Shown here in pieces: positions 59,598 to 64,000 of a stretch of DNA of 64,000 bases. This stretch comes from a virus, in the IMG/VR virus record IMGVR_UViG_3300027779_000011, positions 94,717 to 158,716 of that record. One strand, given 5' to 3'. Positions within the stretch are counted from its first letter, which is position 1. The number at the start of each line of letters is the position of its first letter. A model generated the notes under the pieces. The model had not been told where the DNA came from. It made no database searches and worked only from the letters and a program-made list of their open reading frames with translations. Made by a program: the position numbers and the translations under genes.

Positions 59598-60644
59598 ATG
59601 TCTAATATGTTTAATACACATGGTGAACTAAATGCCTCTAATGTAAAAGAGGCGCTAACGCAGATTGTAAAATATGCTGCTGTAATTGAAGATTTAGGTT
59701 CTGCGAATGATTCCGCATCCGCTGCTCCATCATTAACTGATGGTCAGAGAGATGAGATGATTAAGCAGGCTCTAATGACACAGGAAGGTAAGATTGCCCT
59801 CGGTCAGGCCATGGCTAACCCAATTCGTAAGAACTTGGATTACCAGGGTGTTGGTCGTAAGGCTCTAGTTGTCGATCCCCTTCCTCAGGGCGCTCTGCCC
59901 ATCTATGACCGAGATATTGATGTCGGCGCAGTTGTTGTTTCCAGCAACGGTTCCGCCCCAGAATCTCGTGTCTTTGGTGACCGCGTGACCGTTCCTGAGT
60001 TTGAGATTGTTTCCAACCCAACCGTTCGTATTGCTGAAGTTAAGCGTCGTCGATTCAATGTCGTCGATCGTGCTCAGCAAAAGGCTAGGCAGGAAATTCA
60101 GGCTCAAGAGGATGCTAACGTCTTTGCCGCTCTAGATTTTGCTGGTGACAGCTCTTCTGGTGGTGGTACAAACGCCAAGCAGACCAACCTGGACAACTAT
60201 AGCGCAGCAGCCACTGGACCTCACGGACCAGATGGTGAGCTTTCCAAGCATGGAATGCTTACGCTTAAGAGACTCATTGATCGTTGGGACTTAGTAACTT
60301 CTAAGTACTTCCTCAACATTAATGAGTTTACCGACATTCTCAATTGGGAGTCTGCCGGTGCTGGTGGTCACTCTTCAGTAGACCCTGTAACTCAGAGAGA
60401 ACTTCTTCAGACTGGTCTTTATGGTCACATCTTTGGCGCCGACATTGTCGTTTCCAAGGTTGTTCCTGCCGGACAAGCTTTTGCAGTTGCTGATCCTGAG
60501 TTCGTTGGTGTTATGCCCGTAAGGCAGGACATCGAGGTTCTTCCCGCTGATGAGCCCAAGCAGCTTAAGCTTGGTTGGGTTGTTAGTGAGATTGTTGGTA
60601 TTGGTATTGTCAACACCCGTGGTGTTGCTACAGGTACTGTGTAA
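59598..60644 (+). CDS. Major capsid protein (HK97 fold)
   Basis: 348 aa, strongly biased codons (cgt/ggt/gct), strong SD and terminator; GRKALVVDPLPQGALPIYDRD, PEFEIVSNP, DRAQQKARQEIQAQED, GHIFGADIVVS and GWVVSEIVG segments typical of large-phage MCPs. Confidence 0.85.
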   Translation: MSNMFNTHGELNASNVKEALTQIVKYAAVIEDLGSANDSASAAPSLTDGQRDEMIKQALMTQEGKIALGQAMANPIRKNLDYQGVGRKALVVDPLPQGALPIYDRDIDVGAVVVSSNGSAPESRVFGDRVTVPEFEIVSNPTVRIAEVKRRRFNVVDRAQQKARQEIQAQEDANVFAALDFAGDSSSGGGTNAKQTNLDNYSAAATGPHGPDGELSKHGMLTLKRLIDRWDLVTSKYFLNINEFTDILNWESAGAGGHSSVDPVTQRELLQTGLYGHIFGADIVVSKVVPAGQAFAVADPEFVGVMPVRQDIEVLPADEPKQLKLGWVVSEIVGIGIVNTRGVATGTV

Positions 60645-60671
60645 TCTTTCTAATAAACTAGAAATAAAACT

Positions 60672-60706
60672 CACCTCGTCAGTTTGTTCTGGCGGGGTGT
60701 TTTTTT
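60672..60706 (+). terminator. Rho-independent terminator after MCP
   Basis: cacctcgtcag-tttgtt-ctggcggggtg followed by a T7 run. Confidence 0.85.
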
Positions 60707-60731
60707 ATTAATTTTAAGTAATATTATATAT

Positions 60732-61238
60732 ATGACTCCAAATCAATTAAAATCAAGACAAAAGTTCATAAAAGCCACACCTTTGGCGGATAGGGCTAGT
60801 TGTAGAAATACAAGCAGAAGGGAGAAAAACCACATAGAGGAGGAGGAGTCTCATAGTGAAACTTTTGATACATTTTTTGAATATGAGGAAGAGCTGTCTC
60901 AGCTAAAACCATCTAATTTGCAATCTGATTTTGACCCTGATGAGCCAAACTCATACGGGTTTATAGAGATGGAAACTAGTGATGAAGACAGCATAATCAT
61001 AGAAAGCATTGCTATAAAAATGGAAGAATCAGAAGATATAAAAACTAATAAAAACTCATACATGGTTATGGAAGAGGATTCCGGCAAAGCTGATAATTAT
61101 ATGGATGTCAAGGGATTTGACTTTATACAATGTGAGTATATGAAGAAAGATGGAAATAGGTGTAAAAGACAGGCTCCAAATGGTTTTAAAATATGTTCAA
61201 TACACAAAAAGATGATTGAAAAAAGCTCAAATAACTGA
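60732..61238 (+). CDS. Acidic protein with C-terminal C-x9-C-x10-C-x2-H Zn finger (DUF5763-like)
   Basis: CEYMKKDGNRCKRQAPNGFKICSIH. The track's TTG start (60684) lies inside the terminator, so ATG 60732 is preferred. Confidence 0.6.
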   Translation: MTPNQLKSRQKFIKATPLADRASCRNTSRREKNHIEEEESHSETFDTFFEYEEELSQLKPSNLQSDFDPDEPNSYGFIEMETSDEDSIIIESIAIKMEESEDIKTNKNSYMVMEEDSGKADNYMDVKGFDFIQCEYMKKDGNRCKRQAPNGFKICSIHKKMIEKSSNN

Positions 61239-61241
61239 ATT

Positions 61242-61520
61242 ATGGCAAGAAGAAAAAAGAAAAAAGATAAGGAAGAGGGTGAGCTAAGCCTAAAGTCTAG
61301 GCTGTTTAAAAAAAGAATATGGACGCTAGAGTTTATGCGCATCAAGGCGGAGTCCACTATAAAAGAATGTGAGAGCTTAATTAAAAAGATAGACTCAGAT
61401 GGTATAGACGCATATTATAGCGAAAACAGCGATATACTAAGGCATGCTACAGATATATGGAAGGGGTGCTTGAGGTCTGCCGAATTTAGAAAAATAAGCG
61501 AAGATATGGAAAGAGAGTAG
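61242..61520 (+). CDS. Hypothetical protein
   Basis: ORF in operon context; basic N-terminus. Confidence 0.6.
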   Translation: MARRKKKKDKEEGELSLKSRLFKKRIWTLEFMRIKAESTIKECESLIKKIDSDGIDAYYSENSDILRHATDIWKGCLRSAEFRKISEDMERE

Positions 61521-61589
61521 TTCTATTATTATATTTAGATGTAAATAGAAATCGCATATTGTATTAAGAGTTAAGTTCATAACGCAAAA

Positions 61590-61841
61590 ATGAACCAACA
61601 CAGGATAATAAAATTAATGAAAGAATTTAAAACATCGGATTTGGGGCTTGCGGCGTTTATGGTCATGAGAAGTCTTCAGCTGGTAAGTGCCGATAGGCTC
61701 GATAGCGGAAGGTTCGAGTTTGTTTTAAACGATCCTGAAGAAAAGTCAAAAGCCCTATCGATAGAATATGTTAGCAGTGAGTTTTGTCAGTTTGACAACC
61801 AAGTTAGAACATTGAAAAAATTATTATACAGTTCTAAGTAA
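61590..61841 (+). CDS. DUF5659-like small phage protein
   Basis: FKTSDLGLAAFM...GRFEFVL pattern; alternative start ATG 61617. Confidence 0.6.
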   Translation: MNQHRIIKLMKEFKTSDLGLAAFMVMRSLQLVSADRLDSGRFEFVLNDPEEKSKALSIEYVSSEFCQFDNQVRTLKKLLYSSK

Positions 61842-61846
61842 AAATC

Positions 61847-61853
61847 TACTAAT
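61847..61853 (+). promoter_or_regulatory. TACTAAT candidate late promoter
   Basis: Start of the 165-nt intergenic region before the fibre-like gene. Confidence 0.55.
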
Positions 61854-61874
61854 AATTACTTGGTAACTTGAATA

Positions 61875-61958
61875 AGTTATAGTTTTGTTTTTTCTAATTT
61901 AGTTATGTTTGCATAAACTTAAGTTATGTTTATATTTTGTTTCTAGTGAGTTACGTTT
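61875..61958 (+). repeat. Four imperfect direct repeats AGTTA(T/C)(A)GTTT in the leader of 62006
   Basis: agttatagtttt 61875, agttatgttt 61901, agttatgttt 61922, agttacgttt 61949. Confidence 0.7.
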
Positions 61959-62005
61959 TAATTTTTCAATATAAATTAAACATTTTTTAAAAAGGAAACA
62001 AGAAA

Positions 62006-63922
62006 ATGGCTACAACAAAAACAGATATACCGTTACATATGTTAGCGGTAACCTCCGGTGCGACATTAGCGTCCAAGACCGGAGCTCCAATGTTCGAATT
62101 TGACGTTCCAGTAGGCGCAACGTCTGCCGGAAATACGGCTCACTTCGAATTTGAACCATCGGCAAGTGCTGCCGCACCAGTTGAGATAGCGGCAAAGGGT
62201 GCTTTCGATAATACTTCAATTGCATTTGCGCCAAAAGGAACTGGCGAAGTTAGAATTATTGGTAACTCCACATCTGCTGGTGGTATCAGGTTTTATGAAG
62301 ATACAGATAACGGTGCCAACTTTACGGGACTTAGAGCTCCAATACTTGCTGGAAACTATACACTGACTCTTCCAAAATCTGCTGGTACTGCTGGATATGC
62401 GCTCACCCTTGGTGCTGACGTTACTGATCCGCTTCAGTGGAAGGAAGCCTTGACCGATGGAGGAGCTTTTGGTAGTCTTACTCTGACTGACTCAGCAGGA
62501 GCCCTTCAGATTGATGTCGCAACTGGTGATGCATCTATTATCTTTGATAATGCAGGTACAGACAGATGGGTCATTGGTGCTGCTAGTTCTGGAAATATCT
62601 TCAGAATCAACAAAGCAAATTCTTCCGGCGTAGCCCTCTCTGCAGCGTTCATGTTCCAGTTGACTACCTCGGGTGCTGCACACGTTCAAAAATCACTTCA
62701 TGTTGGAGGAAACTCATCGGGTTCTGCTCAGGGAACTGCATCGCTAGTCGCAGCAACTGCCGCTTCTGCTGCGTTCTTGCGATTAGCTGAGGACACAGAT
62801 GATGGTTCTCACTTTGGAACCATTAAGCCTATTGCTTTGGGTGCTAATAGATTCTATTCGCTTCCAGATGCAACCGGTACATTCATAGTTGGCTCTGCTG
62901 CTAACAAGCTTCCGAAGGATGCGATTGCTGTAAACTTTACTTTGGATCAAATATCGGCAGCTGGAGATGTCAATATGTTGTTTGCACAAACTGGAAATGT
63001 TAGATTCTCAGTGGGTCTTGATGATTCTGATGGGGATATCTTCAAAATTCACTCTGGTACTACACTAGCTAACGATTCGGACTTCGAAATTGATTTTAGT
63101 GGAAATGTTGAAATTAAAAACGGAAACCTTACGGTTGCTGAAGATATTATCGTAACTAAGAAGATAAGAGCTGCCGGACTTAGTGCTGCTGGAATTACAG
63201 CCACTGCAACCGATTCTACTGCTGGGTTTATCACACTCAATGAAGATACTGATAATGGAGTTCATGTTATGAAGCTAAGTGGTCCAAGATTACTTGGTGC
63301 CGACCAGACGTGTACTCTTCCAAACACAGGTGGAGATGTTCTAACATCCACAAGTATGATTTGGGGCGACTTGACGGCGACTACACCAGATGGACTGAAT
63401 GGTGAAATGATATTCGGTAAACAGGCTAGCATAAATGGTGCCGGAATGTTGTTCAGAAATGGTGCGGTAGCTCTTACGACTCCTGGTGGTCAGCATGTCG
63501 TATCACAGGTTACCTCTGCTGCTGCAGGCTCTGCTACTGGAATTTGCCTTGCTAACTCGGCTGGTCTATGGCTTGCCTATGGCGAAGTAAATGCTCCATC
63601 AACTGTTGATAATTATTATAATGGATGGCAGATCAGAATTGTAGAAGGAACGGGACGTGGTGAACAAACAACAATCTCTGACTATACTGGCGCAACGCTT
63701 CAGGCTTCAGTTAGCCCAGTCTGGACTAGCGCCGGAGTTATTCCTGACGCAACCTCTGTATACGTTCTGATTCAGAATGATTACACCTTTATTGCCAAGC
63801 ATAATGGATCAACTACCGGTACGGCAGTTGCATACTTTGCGAAGGATAATCAAGGAGATCTTCCTCAGGCTGGAGACGTAATCTATGCTTGCTATTCAAG
63901 GCTTGCTTCGTCTGTAGCATAG
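62006..63922 (+). CDS. Tail/head fibre-like structural protein with three EDTD[ND]G modules
   Basis: Ala/Gly/Thr-rich; EDTDNG/EDTDDG at 62297, 62789 and 63242, each followed by ...LP; C-terminal DNYYNGWQIRIVEGTGRG...PDATSVY segment. Confidence 0.65.
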   Translation: MATTKTDIPLHMLAVTSGATLASKTGAPMFEFDVPVGATSAGNTAHFEFEPSASAAAPVEIAAKGAFDNTSIAFAPKGTGEVRIIGNSTSAGGIRFYEDTDNGANFTGLRAPILAGNYTLTLPKSAGTAGYALTLGADVTDPLQWKEALTDGGAFGSLTLTDSAGALQIDVATGDASIIFDNAGTDRWVIGAASSGNIFRINKANSSGVALSAAFMFQLTTSGAAHVQKSLHVGGNSSGSAQGTASLVAATAASAAFLRLAEDTDDGSHFGTIKPIALGANRFYSLPDATGTFIVGSAANKLPKDAIAVNFTLDQISAAGDVNMLFAQTGNVRFSVGLDDSDGDIFKIHSGTTLANDSDFEIDFSGNVEIKNGNLTVAEDIIVTKKIRAAGLSAAGITATATDSTAGFITLNEDTDNGVHVMKLSGPRLLGADQTCTLPNTGGDVLTSTSMIWGDLTATTPDGLNGEMIFGKQASINGAGMLFRNGAVALTTPGGQHVVSQVTSAAAGSATGICLANSAGLWLAYGEVNAPSTVDNYYNGWQIRIVEGTGRGEQTTISDYTGATLQASVSPVWTSAGVIPDATSVYVLIQNDYTFIAKHNGSTTGTAVAYFAKDNQGDLPQAGDVIYACYSRLASSVA

Positions 63923-63962
63923 TGTTGCTTAGAGCTGTATTTAAAGTTTAGTGGTGTATTAT

Positions 63963-63988
63963 TGGGGGGAGGGATTTCCCTCCCCCCA
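63963..63988 (+). terminator. GC-rich hairpin after the fibre gene
   Basis: tggggggaggg-attt-ccctcccccca followed by tgtttctgtt. Confidence 0.7.
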
Positions 63989-64000
63989 TGTTTCTGTTAA

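Noticed and set aside
60684-60731. Hydrophobic N-terminus MFWRGVFLLILSNIIY as a signal peptide
   Set aside because: This stretch is the translated MCP terminator and AT-rich promoter region; ATG 60732 is the more plausible start.

Overview
This window looks like a 64-kb piece of a large (jumbo-type) tailed dsDNA phage genome. All credible genes are on the + strand, the standard genetic code reads cleanly, and many genes have GGAG-type Shine-Dalgarno (SD) sites. Layout: a 5'-truncated fibre/adhesin-like gene (1-3.1 kb); a replication/recombination/transcription block (3-31 kb: minimal FtsK ATPase, stand-alone primase Zn-finger, SbcCD, RecB/Cas4-like nuclease, sigma factor, a 2385-aa orphan, GapR-like protein, fatty-acid hydroxylase, DnaE, SSB, RuvC, GroEL, RecA, primase TOPRIM core, sigma region-4 protein); and a head-morphogenesis block (31-61 kb: many orphans, CCA-adding enzyme, terminase, portal, CX5R phosphatase, YHS/DUF192 fusion, protease-scaffold, two cement-like paralogs, major capsid protein), followed by a fibre-like gene. 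The most notable unexplained structure is in the head block. At least six otherwise unrelated proteins share a ~25-aa helical motif (L-x-x-L-A-x-x-L-D-x-x-G-x4-A-D-x-L-D-x-I). The same block is rich in hydrophobic-x-K-x-[A/S] sites at N-termini and domain boundaries, and is punctuated by a TACTAAT promoter-like element. My inference is a capsid-targeting tag plus prohead-protease cleavage code that loads variable cargo proteins into the head. All functional calls come from motif recognition by eye; no searches were run.
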